Assembly (NCBI GenBank): GCA_963845755.1
Contig: CAWJTV010000005.1
Span: 192,001 to 256,000, forward strand
Direction of reading: 5' to 3'
Length of the DNA stretch: 64,000 nucleotides
Origin: an uncultured Planctomycetota bacterium
GTDB taxonomy: Bacteria; Planctomycetota; Planctomycetia; Isosphaerales; Isosphaeraceae
The notes under the pieces were generated by a model. It did no database searches and was not told where the DNA came from. It was given only the letters and a program-made list of their open reading frames with translations. This document shows, one piece after another, positions 10,947 through 21,515 of this stretch (its first letter is position 1; every line of letters starts with the position of its first letter). The translations under genes were made by a program, and so were the position numbers.

Positions 10947-11118
10947 AGCCCGGGGCAACGCCCCGGAACCGCGTCGCCGACCCCAAGCCCAGCCCTGAAA
11001 GGGCGAGACAAGCCGGGCCGGCGGCCTTCATCTGTGCCGCCCTTTCAGGGCCTCCTCGGAGGACGACCCTGGTTCCCGGGGCGTTGCCCCGGGCTAGTAT
11101 GTTGCGGCCCCTTCGGGG
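10947..11118. repeat. REP-like nested inverted repeat element
   Basis: Outer arms agcccggggcaacgccccggaacc (10947-10970) / ggttcccggggcgttgccccgggct (11071-11095). Perfect 14-bp inner arms gccctgaaagggcg (10992-11005) / cgccctttcagggc (11038-11051). Terminal gccccttcggggc hairpin. Confidence 0.8.
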
Positions 11119-11148
11119 CGGGGAGAACGATTCTCCGATCTGTGTGTC

Positions 11149-11310
11149 TCAGTTATCACTTTCCCCCTTGCGTGGACCTATTTGGGCCGGAAGAAGTTCA
11201 GGAGCATCTCGTTCCAAGTTGGGATCGAGGTAGCGGAGGGCGTCGCCGGAATGGACCTCCGGCACGAACCACTTGATCACGATGCTGGAATCGACGACAA
11301 GCCGGCTCAC
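11149..11310 (-). pseudogene. vapC: Truncated VapC/PIN-domain toxin (53 aa N-terminal remnant)
   Basis: Hand translation from GTG 11310: VSRLVVDSSIVIKWFVPEVHSGDALRYLDPNLERDAPELL..., matching the PIN N-terminal VVDxSxxxKW..E..APxLL pattern. The start overlaps the upstream stop (GTGA), and the frame stops just before the REP element. Confidence 0.7.
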
Positions 11311-11706
11311 CGGAGGCGATCCTCGGCCACCAGGAGAGCGCTGTCGCTTTGTGGCCGGCCCGCGAGGCTATGAAGGCTGGCCTCGGCGCGCTCGCGGGTT
11401 GCGATTGCCTCGCCGCGCCGCCTCGTCACGTCGTGCCGGTGCCGGAACCCATTCGAGGTTCGTCCGTTCGCAATTCAGACGGTTGCCGTCTTTGAATCGG
11501 ACGACATGGCCCGGTGGCCGTGGGCCGACCAACGCCTCCAGGACCAGCTCGGCCAGTAGCCGCGTCTGTGGTCGTCCTTGATCATGATAGAGGGAGATGA
11601 TCTTGTTGCCCTCGACGTCTACGATGGCCGGAACCTGAACCCACTCGTCCCGGCGATCAGAATCGTGTCCCGGTGGATCGGTCCTGTGCTGAGGCTGGGT
11701 GGACAT
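11307..11706 (-). CDS. HNH-like domain protein with antitoxin-like C-terminal tail (one frameshift near 11415)
   Basis: MSTQPQ...LVLEALVGPRPPGHVVRFKDGNRLNCERTNLEWV (phage-type HNH pattern). The shifted frame continues AIATRERAEASLHSLAGRPQSDSALLVAEDRLR* and overlaps the vapC start. Confidence 0.6.
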
Positions 11707-11890
11707 GCGAATGAACTCCGTACGTGGGGCAATCGTGCCACGCACCATGATGACGCCGGATCGGTCGGCTTGAAAGGCTGCCTCCAGGGGAAACGTCATG
11801 TCGCTTTCCCATCGCCTCCGGGTCAACAACCTATTAGAATCGTGGGGAAATGGTGCGAGAGCTAGGGCGATCCTCGGGGGGGCGACGCCG

Positions 11891-12462
11891 ATGAGCGAAG
11901 TGAGTGGACTCCTGGAGGCGATCGGCCGGGGTGAGCCGCAACGGGCGCGCGAGCTGTTGCCCATCGTTTATGAGGAGCTGCGAAAGCTCGCCGAGGCCAG
12001 GCTCGCCCGTGAGCCGACGGACAGACCCTCCAGGCGACCGCGCTGGTCCACGAGGCCTTCCTCCGGCTGGTCGGCGACGGGGACGGCCCGGCCTGGGAGA
12101 ATCGCGGCCACTTCTTCGCCGCCGCAGCCGAGGCGATGCGGCGCATCCTCGTCGAGAAGGCCCGGCATAAGCGTCGAAGACGCCATGGCGGCGGGCTCCA
12201 ACGTGTCAACCTCGACCAGGTCGCTCTCGGCGACGACGACGCGGCCGGCGATCTGCTGGCACTCCACGAGGCCCTCGATCAGCTCGCCGCCGAGGAGCCG
12301 GTCGCCGCCGAGGTCGTCAAGCTCCGCTATTTCGCCGGCCTGACCACCGAGCAGGCTGCCTCGGCCCTCGACATATCCCTGCGCACTGCCAACCGCCACT
12401 GGGCCTACGCCCGCGCCTGGCTCCACCAGCGTCTCAACTCTGCGGGCGACACGCCGGCTTGA
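11891..12462 (+). CDS. ECF sigma factor, planctomycete kinase-associated type (TIGR02999-like), frameshift near 12020
   Basis: MSEVSGLLEAIGRGE..LLPIVYEELRKLA joined to TLQATALVHEAFLRLV..NRGHFFAAAAEAMRRILVE..VVKLRYFAGLT..WAYARAWL. Confidence 0.9.
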
Positions 12463-12811
12463 AATCCGGGAAAAAACCCACACTTCTCGCAGAAGACCAC
12501 CATGCCGCCTGCATAACTCGTTCCGACCGTCCTCTGTGGAAACGAGTTTTTCTCATTGCGGCGTCAATAGTTACGTCGAGAGCCGGTGGTCTTCGGCGAG
12601 AAGTCTCAAAAGAATCTCGGTCGTCGTGGCACGTTCCCGGCGCGCACGTCGCATTGTGTCCCGGATCGATCGCCGGATGGTAGACGCCCTCGCCGAGGGC
12701 GAAGAGGCTCTGTAGACGGGCAAACATCGGAGTGCGATCGGTCCCAGGGTCTCGGGTGATGGTCGCCCGACGCCGCCGCTCGAAAAACTTCGGAAACAGG
12801 AGACGACAGTG

Positions 12812-13379
12812 ATGTTCATCTTCCCGATCTCCCGTCGCCAGACTGACCGTCCCCACGTCCGACTACCTCGGGCCCGCCGCCCACTCGTCGAGAACCTCGA
12901 AGGCCGGCGACTCCTCTCGGGCATCCAGGGCAACCACATCGGTGTGATGAGTGTCGCGCCGGCGATCGTGGGCCAACACATCGGCACCGCGGCCATCCAG
13001 GGCAACCACATCGGCACCCCGGCGATCGTGGGCCAACACATCGGCAGAGCGCACCGAGGTCGTCCAGGGCAAGCACATCGGCACGGACGTCGCCCCGGCC
13101 ATCCTGGGCAACCACATCGGCACCCCGGCGATCGTGGGCCAACACATCGGCACCGCGGCCATCCAGGGCAACCACATCGGCACCCCGGCGATCGTGGGCC
13201 AACACATCGGCATGGGCGTCACCCAGGTCGTCCAGCGCAAGCACGTCGGCGAGGATGTCGTCCCGGCCGTCCAGGCGCCCCCCGCTCCTGGTAACTTCTC
13301 AATGACCGTAGGAAACCACCTCGGCAGGGGCGTCACCCCGGCCATCGTGGGCGACGACATCGGCCATAATCTCATGTGA
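12812..13379 (+). CDS. Small LExRxLL-motif protein with His-containing decapeptide repeats (frameshift near 13047)
   Basis: RRPLVENLEGRRLLSG followed by about 11-12 copies of [AV][IV]xG[NQK]HIG. CAGGAG RBS. Frames 12809..13294 and 12951..13379 join. Confidence 0.75.
12921..13212 (+). repeat. 30-nt coding tandem repeat array with a higher-order duplication
   Basis: Alternating ggccatccagggcaaccacatcggcacccc / ggcgatcgtgggccaacacatcggcaccgc units. Confidence 0.9.
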
Positions 13380-13604
13380 GGGACGCCCCGTGTCGCGACT
13401 CGTCGGGCCACCGGATGAGGATTCCGGGTCGGGAAGGCGAGTCGCGATGCCGAGGGCGGCTCGCCACCTGACGCGTCGTCAGCGAGGTGTGTAACGACCG
13501 CCGTCACGCCCGCTTGCAAGCGGCTGTCTCGGGAGGGACAATATGCCACGACTCTCTGGGACTCATGCGGGATACCAGTCGGACGATGGAGTAAGGCCCG
13601 GATC

Positions 13605-15737
13605 GTGGCTCGCGATCAGCACAACGTGAAACTGATCTTCGACGAGGCCGCCGAGATCGCCTCGCCCGAGGGCCGCGCCGCCTACCTCGAGGGTGCCTGC
13701 GGCGGCGACGCCGACCTCCGCAAGAAGGTCGAGGCCCTGCTCCTGGCCCTCGATGAAGCCGGCAGTTTCCTGGAGGCATTCCCGGACCTCGACACGACGG
13801 GGGCGGCGGATACCCCCACTCCTCGCGCGGGGCCTGGAGCCTCTCCAGAGCCGATTTCCACGGGCTCGGGATCGGCGGTCGCCGATTCGTCCGGGGCGAC
13901 CGTATCTCTGACCTTGCCGCCGCTGTCCGAGGGTCCGGGGACGACGATCGGTCCGTACAAGCTTGTCCAATTGATCGGCGAGGGCGGCATGGGCGCCGTC
14001 TTCATGGCCGAGCAGGAGAAGCCGGTCCGGCGCCAGGTGGCGCTGAAGGTCATCAAGCCCGGCATGGACACGCGTCAGGTCGTCGCCCGGTTCAAGGCCA
14101 AGCGCCAGGCCCTGGCCATGATGGACCACCCCAACATCGCCCGCGTCCTCGACGGGGGGACGACGAAGTCGGGGCGTCTCTTCTTCGTCATGGAGCTGGT
14201 CAAGGGGACCCCAATCACCACTTTCTGCGACGAGCGCCGGCTCAGCCTGCGTCAACGATTGGAGCTGTTCGTCCCCGTCTGCCAGGCGATCCAGCACGCG
14301 CACCAGAAGGGGATCATCCACTGCGACATCAAGCCGTCGAACGTCCTGATCGCCCTCTACGACGATCGCGCCGTGCCCAAGGTCATCGACTTCGGCATCG
14401 CCAAGGCCACCGGGTCACAGCTCACCGAGCAGACGCTGATGACCGGCCTCGGCGCCGTGGTCGGGACGCCCGAATACATGAGCCCCGAGCAGGCGAGCCT
14501 CAACAACCTGGACATCGACACGCGAAGCGACATCTATGCGCTGGGCGTGCTCCTCTACGAGCTGCTGACCGGCACCACGCCGGTGGACCAAGCCGATCCC
14601 TTGAACTTGACGTCCATGAGCACGAGCCACTACGACCTGCTGACCGGCACCACGCTCGCGGATAGCCGGAGCCTGGACCGCGCCGCGGTGCTGGAGGTCC
14701 TGCGGATCGTCCGTGAGGTCGAGCCGCCGCGCCCGAGCACGCGGCTGAGCTCGCTCGAGACGCTGCCGAGCATCGCCGCCCACCGCGGCACGGAGCCGGC
14801 GCGACTGGCCGGCCTGCTACGGGGCGAGCTGGACTGGATCGTCATGAAGGCCCTGGAGAAGGACCGGTCGCAGCGATACGAGACGGCCAACGCGCTGGTG
14901 CGCGACGTCCAGCGCTACCTGGCCGACGAGGTGGTCGAAGCGCGGCCGCCGTCGGCCGGCTACCGGCTGCGGAAGTTCGTGCGGCGGCACAAGGGCCGGG
15001 TGGTTGCGTCGGCCCTGGTGCTGCTGGCCCTGGTGGCGGGAATCATCGGCACGAGCTGGGGCCTCGTCCGGGCGAAGGCGGCCAACGCGCGAGCGCAACG
15101 GCGGCTGGAGCAGATCGGGAAGGGCAACGAGATCCTCGCGGGCATCTTCGCCGACCTGGATATGGACGAGGTGAAGCAGGGAGACAAGCCGTTGGAGGCG
15201 ATCCTCGCCGATCGGCTGGTGAAGGCCGCTGGCCAGTTGGAGGGAGGATCGGTGGGCGACCCGCTGGCCGTGGCGGCCCTTCAGGGCCGGCTAGGGGCAT
15301 CGCTGCGGAGCCTGGGCTTCGCGGCCGAGGCGATCCCGCCGCTGGAGAAGGCCCGGACCACCCGGCAGGCGGAGTTGGGCCCCGACCATCCCGATACCCT
15401 CGACACCCTGCTCCATCTGGCGGGGGCCTACTTCTACGCCGGCCGGCTGAACGACGCCCTGCCCCTGGCTGAGGAACACCTTCGGCTGGCGAGGGCCAGG
15501 CTCGGGCCCGAAAGCATAGAAACGATCGATAGCATGAATCATCTCGGATTCTATTACCGGTCCGTCGGGAATCTGGACCGGGCCATCTCGCTACTCGAGG
15601 AGGCGGTGAGGCTGGCGAGGTCCGCGCTCGGGCCGACCCATCGCCTGACGATCGCCGCAGTGAACAACCTGGCGCTGTGCTACAAGACCGCCGGCCGGAG
15701 GGACGACGCTCTGCCCCTGATCGAAGAGGCCCATTGA
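13605..15737 (+). CDS. Hanks-type Ser/Thr protein kinase with TM helix and TPR repeats (atypical catalytic motifs, possibly truncated)
   Basis: IGEGGMGAV, VALKVIKPG, HCDIKPSN, DFGIAK, GTPEYMSPEQ, DIYALG, TM VVASALVLLALVAGIIG, TPRs LGPDHPDT. Ends mid-TPR. Confidence 0.9.
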   Translation: MARDQHNVKLIFDEAAEIASPEGRAAYLEGACGGDADLRKKVEALLLALDEAGSFLEAFPDLDTTGAADTPTPRAGPGASPEPISTGSGSAVADSSGATVSLTLPPLSEGPGTTIGPYKLVQLIGEGGMGAVFMAEQEKPVRRQVALKVIKPGMDTRQVVARFKAKRQALAMMDHPNIARVLDGGTTKSGRLFFVMELVKGTPITTFCDERRLSLRQRLELFVPVCQAIQHAHQKGIIHCDIKPSNVLIALYDDRAVPKVIDFGIAKATGSQLTEQTLMTGLGAVVGTPEYMSPEQASLNNLDIDTRSDIYALGVLLYELLTGTTPVDQADPLNLTSMSTSHYDLLTGTTLADSRSLDRAAVLEVLRIVREVEPPRPSTRLSSLETLPSIAAHRGTEPARLAGLLRGELDWIVMKALEKDRSQRYETANALVRDVQRYLADEVVEARPPSAGYRLRKFVRRHKGRVVASALVLLALVAGIIGTSWGLVRAKAANARAQRRLEQIGKGNEILAGIFADLDMDEVKQGDKPLEAILADRLVKAAGQLEGGSVGDPLAVAALQGRLGASLRSLGFAAEAIPPLEKARTTRQAELGPDHPDTLDTLLHLAGAYFYAGRLNDALPLAEEHLRLARARLGPESIETIDSMNHLGFYYRSVGNLDRAISLLEEAVRLARSALGPTHRLTIAAVNNLALCYKTAGRRDDALPLIEEAH

Positions 15738-15811
15738 CTCGCGGTCGCACAACCGGTCCCTGCTAGGCGGGGCGCCGCTGGGTCCCATACACGGGCACCC
15801 ATGATGGACCC

Positions 15812-17160
15812 TCATCGGTGCGGTTGCATCGCGACGCCCGGAGGATCGATTGATGTGACGATGGAGGACCTATGTCTGCTACCTCCATCGGCAACGAGAT
15901 CAGCTAGGGTCCGGCGTCGCTCCGCGACCCTTGCTGGAACCGGGTTCAGTCGTGCGAGTTCGCGCTTCAGAGTCGTCGCGCTCGGGGGCTTCCGAGACGG
16001 CGAGTGTAAGGAAGACCCGGGCCTCGAAAATGCGGCCGAGTTGCTCGGCCAGGTGGGCCATTTCCACCGCGTCGCGGATGGGCTGTTTGCGATCGTGCCG
16101 TTTCTCGTAACGCGCTCGAAGCCGATCGATCTCGACCTTTTTGTGGCCGATCTCGGCGGCTTGGGCTTCCTGGCCGGCCTGCTCCGCCAACTGGGCGAGC
16201 CGGTCCAGCGCCGAGCGATCGCTCGGATCGACCGCCAGCAGGCGTTCCAATGCCTGGCGTTCGGCGGCGACATGCACCCCGACTGGCCGCAAGCCAAGCT
16301 TCGAGCCGATGAACCTGGGCCGGGGTCGATTCCGCGTCCGGTAGGTGGGTCAGGGCCTGTCGCACGATGTCGTCGCGGTTGGTCGCGATGCCCCACTTCA
16401 GCCGGGTGTGCCAGATCGGAAGATCATCCGGCCGACGACGCTCGCAGGCATCGAGCCAACGCCCGGCCTCGTCGTAGTCGCCGGTCCGGATCGCCAGGTT
16501 CGCTCGACCCAGCCAGACCCGGTCGTCCTCGGGTGCCGATCGAGCCGCCTGGTCCAGGAAGGCGCGGAGGGTGTCCGTCGGGGTTGGCTTCAGGGTCAGC
16601 TCGATGTGCAGCCGTAGAAGCTTGATCGCGTCCTCGAGTGCCCCTTCTCCCGATGCGTTCAAGTGTTCCCAGCGGGCCTCGATGAGCCGCTCGGCTTCAT
16701 CGATGCGGCCAACCTCCGTGAACAACGGCACGAGCAACACGAGCAGGGCCGTCCGATCGTTGCGGCGATCTTCCGCGGCGTCGAGGATGAGCCGCTCCGC
16801 CTCGGCGAGTCGCCCGGATTGATGGAGGAGACGCATGCGCCCCCGGATCGCTCTCTCCGAGAACGCCGAACCGGGCACGACCCGCTCCCATGCTTCGCTG
16901 GCCGCCGGGACTCGCCCCCGGGCCAGCTCGCAGGATCCCAGGAGGTAAATGATCCCCCCGGTCGAATCCGTCTTCCAGGACAAGAGCTGTTGCAGATTTC
17001 GGCAGGCGATGGCGTATCGGCCGGCCATGATCTCCGATTCGATCTCCGCCATCGCGCTCTGATAAGCGCGATCTCTCCACCAGGCCCGGCCACTCAAAAC
17101 AAGTCCCACGACGCCGAGCAAGGCGATCAGCAGTCTCCGTCTTCGCCGTCGCTCGGCCAT
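15812..17160 (-). CDS. Membrane-anchored TPR protein (frameshifts near 16270 and 15970), paralogue of 62758-64000
   Basis: N-terminal TM after MAERRRRRR; APEDDRVWLGRANLAIRTG..WLDAC..RPDD matches APDDDRVWLAKASLAMQTG..WLDRC..FPED in the last gene of the window. Confidence 0.75.
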
Positions 17161-17368
17161 GAGTTCGTCCCCTCCCACGTTGCCGACGGTCGTCTCCTGC
17201 CCAGGACTACCGCTCGGGTCCCATTCCCCTCAACCCTCCGTACGGGCAGGTGCGGGCGATGATGCGGATCGCGTAGTACTGCCGGACGTGAAGGCCCAGT
17301 ATACTGCACATGGCGACTCATGGGAGAGGTCGGTCAAGATCGAGATTCACCTACACCCCTGGAAGCTG

Positions 17369-19356
17369 ATGATCGTTTCTACCGCTGACTTCAAAGAATC
17401 CGGAACGGTCGGCTCGTCGTTGCCGGGGCCCGCGACGAAACCGCTGGGGTTCGTCGGCGCTCCTTTTCCTGTCGGCCTGGTGCGGGCTGGTGGCGGGCTT
17501 GCTGGAAGTGGGCACGATCGTGCTCCGCAAGCAGGCGTTCGACCCGGATCAACTTTACAAGATGAGCCGACACTTTGTCTGGCTGATCCCGCTTTCGAAC
17601 CTCGGAGTTTTCCTGGCTCTGGGGGTGATAGGGTGTGGCGTCATCCGGTTCTGGCCACGTCGCGGCGGCTGGCTCTTCACGCGCGTGCCTGTGTGCGATT
17701 GGGCTCTTACCCGCCCCCCTGGTCGCCTTTCCACGGATCTACACGATGGCCTGGTTGGTCGTGGCGCTGGGCGTGGCCGCGCACCTCGTGCCGCGCTTGG
17801 AGCGAGATCGGGCGATTTTCCGACGATTGGTCCGGGGCAGTTTTCCGGCCTGCATCGCGATCGTGGTGATCCTCGCGGCATGGCTCTGGGTCGGCGATCG
17901 GATCGATCGACTGCGCGAGCGTGCCCGGCCGTTGCCGCAGCCGGGGTCGCCGAACGTCCTCCTGATCGTGATGGACACCGTCGCGGCGGGCCACCTGAAT
18001 CTGCATGGCTACGACCGTGCCACCAGTACGACTCTCGTCGAGCTCGCCGAGCGCGGGATCCAATTCGATTCCGCTCGCGCAGCCTCGTCATGGACCCTGC
18101 CGTCTCATGCGACCATGTTTACAGGACGATGGTTACATGAGCTATCGGTCGGCTGGCTCACCCCGCTGAACCGGGCCCGTCCCACGTTGGCGGAGTTCCT
18201 CCGGGACCGCGGTTACGCGACGGCGGGCTTCGTCGGCAATACGTTTTATTGTGCGACCGATTCGGGACTGGCCCGCGGCTTCACTCATTACCAGGATTTC
18301 ATCTTTCCCGAGCTCACCGCACTCAAGACGAGCGTCCTGGTCGGTCGAGCCCTGGACGGGTTCCAGATGATCGTCTATTTCACGGAGGATTGGCTGGAGT
18401 CCGCCGGGCTGCTGCCCATCGTTCAGCGCCTCTGGAGGTCGCTGGACACCGATCGCAAGGGGGCGGCGGTGGTCAATCGCGAGCTCCTCGACTGGCTCTC
18501 GCGACGCACGCAGTCGGAGCGGCCGTTCTTCGCATTTCTGAACTACTTCGATGCCCATTATCCCTATCAATTGCCGCCGGGGAGGCTCCATCGTTTCGGG
18601 GTCGAACCGAGCAACAATTATCAGCGCACCCTGATCCAACGTTGGTGGGAACTCGACAAGAGGACCCTCTCACGCGAGGGTGTGGCGTTTGCCGCCGACG
18701 CCTATGATGATTGCGTCGCGGATCTCGACGAACAGCTCGGGAAGCTGATCGATGAGCTGGACCGGCGCGGGGTGCTGGCCCAAACGTGGCTGATCATCAC
18801 CTCGGACCACGGCGAAAGTTTCGGTGAGCACGACGGCATTTTCTGCCACGGGAAGAGTCTGTACGAGACCGAAGTGCATGTTCCGCTCCTCGTCATTCCA
18901 CCAGGGGGTCGCGCGACAAAGCAGACTGTACAGGAGCCGGTCAGTCTGCGGGACCTGGCAGCGACGATCGTCGACCTGACCGGTCTGGAGGCCGAGGCGC
19001 CGTTTCCCGGGACATCTCTGGCGCGGTTCTGGGAGCATCCCGCGAAGGTGGCAGCGCTCCAGCCGCGATCCGCTTCACCCGCACTCGCCGAGGTCGTTCC
19101 GAATAACCCGTTCAAGCGAGATGCCTGGGGCGTTCCCGAACAACTCCCTCCCCTGGGAGCCGTCAAGGCGCCAGACTGGTCGTACATACGCCGAGAGGGC
19201 GACGTTCGCGAGGAGTTGTTCGACTTGCGCGAAGATCCCAAGGAGCAGCGCAATCTGGCCGCCGATCCCACCGCCCAGACGACACTTCGACAGATGCGAG
19301 CTGCGCTGAACCGTCTCACGGGAGGGCCGCTCTTGCCCAACCGTTTCCCTTATTGA
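17369..19356 (+). CDS. Membrane-anchored sulfatase-like hydrolase/transferase (alkaline phosphatase superfamily), frameshifts in the TM region
   Basis: N-terminal TM helices, then PNVLLIVMDT, SWTLPSHATMFTG, GYATAGF, FLNYFDAHYPY, IITSDHGE, HVPL, ELFDL..DP.E..NL. Confidence 0.85.
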
Positions 19357-19420
19357 TGACGAGGTCCGTCGCGTTGGCTCGTCGCTGAGGCAGCATGCCT
19401 CTCGACGGAGAGACGCGGGG

Positions 19421-21383
19421 TTATCGCGCCTTGAGCATGGCGGACAGGCTGGTTCGGAATCGCTGGAGGGACGCCGAGGCGAATGAATAATCGGCCAGGT
19501 TCGACCGTTCGGCCGGGTCGGATTTCAGGTCGTACAGCTCTTCTCGCCCATCGGCCGTGCGAATGTAGTGCATCCCTTCGGCAATCAGCGATTTCATGGG
19601 CCCTCTCGCGACCGGCTCGCGTCCCTGATTCGTGAGCCCAAGCGGTTTACTCGTCTCCATGAGTAAAGGTTCGCCCGAGGTGCCGACCACGGACTCGTTC
19701 CTCCCCCAGAACCGAGCAAGCGACCGCCCCGGGAACGGGGCGGTGGCGCGAACCCAAGGTGGTCTACCACGGTTGCGGGAATGTCGCGAAGCTCACCGGC
19801 TCGACCACGACTCGTCGCGCGGGCACCCGCTTCGGATCGACGATCACCAGTGGTACACCGACCAGTTGCCGGTACAGACTGCACCCGTGCGAAAACAGGA
19901 GGTGATCGCCGAGATGCTCGCCGTGATCCGAGGCGACAATGATCAGTGTGTCGTCGAGCACTCCGCCGCGCCTCCAGTTTATCGAGGAGCTCGCCCAACT
20001 GGCGATCGAGATAGGAAATGCAATCGTCATAGACATCGTTTGCCATCTGGACGTGACCTATCGAAATGCGTGACTTATCGAGGGTGTCCCAGCTCCTCAG
20101 GGTCAGTCGGTCCACGTAGGAGGTAGGCCGCAGGCCAAAGGCCGGTAACGACCGATCGGGGACGTCGTAGGGTGAGTGGGCGTCATTGTAGTTCAAGAAC
20201 GCGAAGAACGGCCGGTCGCGCGTCCGCTGCCAGGAGAGCCAGGCGAAAAACGACCGGTTGACCGACGCGGCATCCTTGGCGTGCTCCTTCGAGCGCGGGA
20301 TCACGTCATACCTATCGCCAAAATAGGTCTTCAGCAGCCGGTTAATGACGGAGGCGGGTGTGAGTAAGTCGAGCCGGCTACCAAGGGCGGTGGATCGGGT
20401 CAAGACATCGAAGAGTCCGATCGGGTAATCCTCGTAATGCGCGAATCCCCGACTCAGTCCGGTTTCCCGGCTGCAGTAGTCCAGGTTGGCGACGAATCCG
20501 GCCGTATCATAGCCATGCGCGCCGAGAAACCCGGCGAGTGTGGGGTAGGTTGCATCGAGCGGCACCGACCAGTCGGCGGTCAGCTCATGGGGCCACCGCC
20601 CAGTCAAGAGGCTGCTATGCGAAGGGAGAGTCCATGGTGCGGTCGCGAAAGCCTGGTCGAACCGCACTCCCCGGCCGGCCAATCGCTCGAGGTTGGGCGA
20701 AGTCCGGCGGCCGTAGCCGTGAAGACTCAGGTTCCCGGCCCGCACGGTGTCCCAGACGATCAGGAGCACGTTCCGGCCATTGGCAGGACGGGGCGGCAAG
20801 CTGGCCACGGCCCGGTACTCCGACCAGGCCGATCCGCCGAACGTCAGCAGCATGATGACCAGCAACAATCCGATGAGCATCGGAAATGTGCGGCAGACGA
20901 GTCGGAGGAACGGCCCGCTGCGCGGGCCGACCAGCCAGGCGGATTGAACGCCAAGCCCCCCCGACAGCAGCAGCGACGCCCACGAGTTCCAGGGGTAGCC
21001 TGCGCGCACAGGTCGAGGAATCCCACGAATGAGAGCAGTCCCACGACCGAGCCCATGCGGACCCTCCCGCGCCGCACCCAGGCCATCAGGGCGAGTGCCA
21101 TCCCCGGCAGCAGTTCGAGGACAACGACTCCAACCGGGATGAGCCAGAGATAATGGTGGCCAAGGCGAATAAACGCGTCGCCGGTCAAGTGCTTCTTGAG
21201 GATCATGAGGCCGAGGTCGAGAAAGCCCGCGGTCAAGCCAATCCAGCTCGCGACCAGAAGAATCGTCGCCGGAGCCGTACGTACGGTCTGCGTCACCCGG
21301 CCGGCTGAACAGGCGACCGGCCAGGGCGCAGCCACCCTCTCGATGTTTGGTGGAGGACCCCTGAAAAAAATCGGAATCCGCAT
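19421..21383 (-). CDS. Membrane-anchored sulfatase-like hydrolase/transferase, convergent paralogue (several frameshifts)
   Basis: TM N-terminus; NVLLIVWDT, PWTLPSHSSLLTG, FLNYNDAHSPY, IVASDHGE, EELYDLKSDPAERSNL across frames 20844..21446, 19594..21009, 19764..20036 and 19421..19690. Confidence 0.85.
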
Positions 21384-21515
21384 ACCTTTCACTTCCCTTC
21401 GCGCGTCCGTTTGGGTAATGTTAGCGGAAGTCTCATTATCACGCAAAGGAGTCGTTCGACTCGAATCCGCATAGTGCGTTCTGTTTCGCTCTACCTCGTT
21501 CTCAGAGACGTCGCC

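Noticed and set aside
11368..11706. Homing endonuclease, intron or prophage marker
   Set aside because: The expected catalytic His is absent, and there is no interrupted host gene, intron structure or phage gene nearby.
12921..13212. CRISPR array
   Set aside because: The 30-nt units are contiguous with no unique spacers, keep the reading frame, and no cas genes are present.
12812..13379. Repeat protein as part of the NLR-caspase amyloid system
   Set aside because: It is on the opposite strand, has an export-type leader, and its repeat does not align with the AIGER..GGD..GD motif. Kept as a separate finding.
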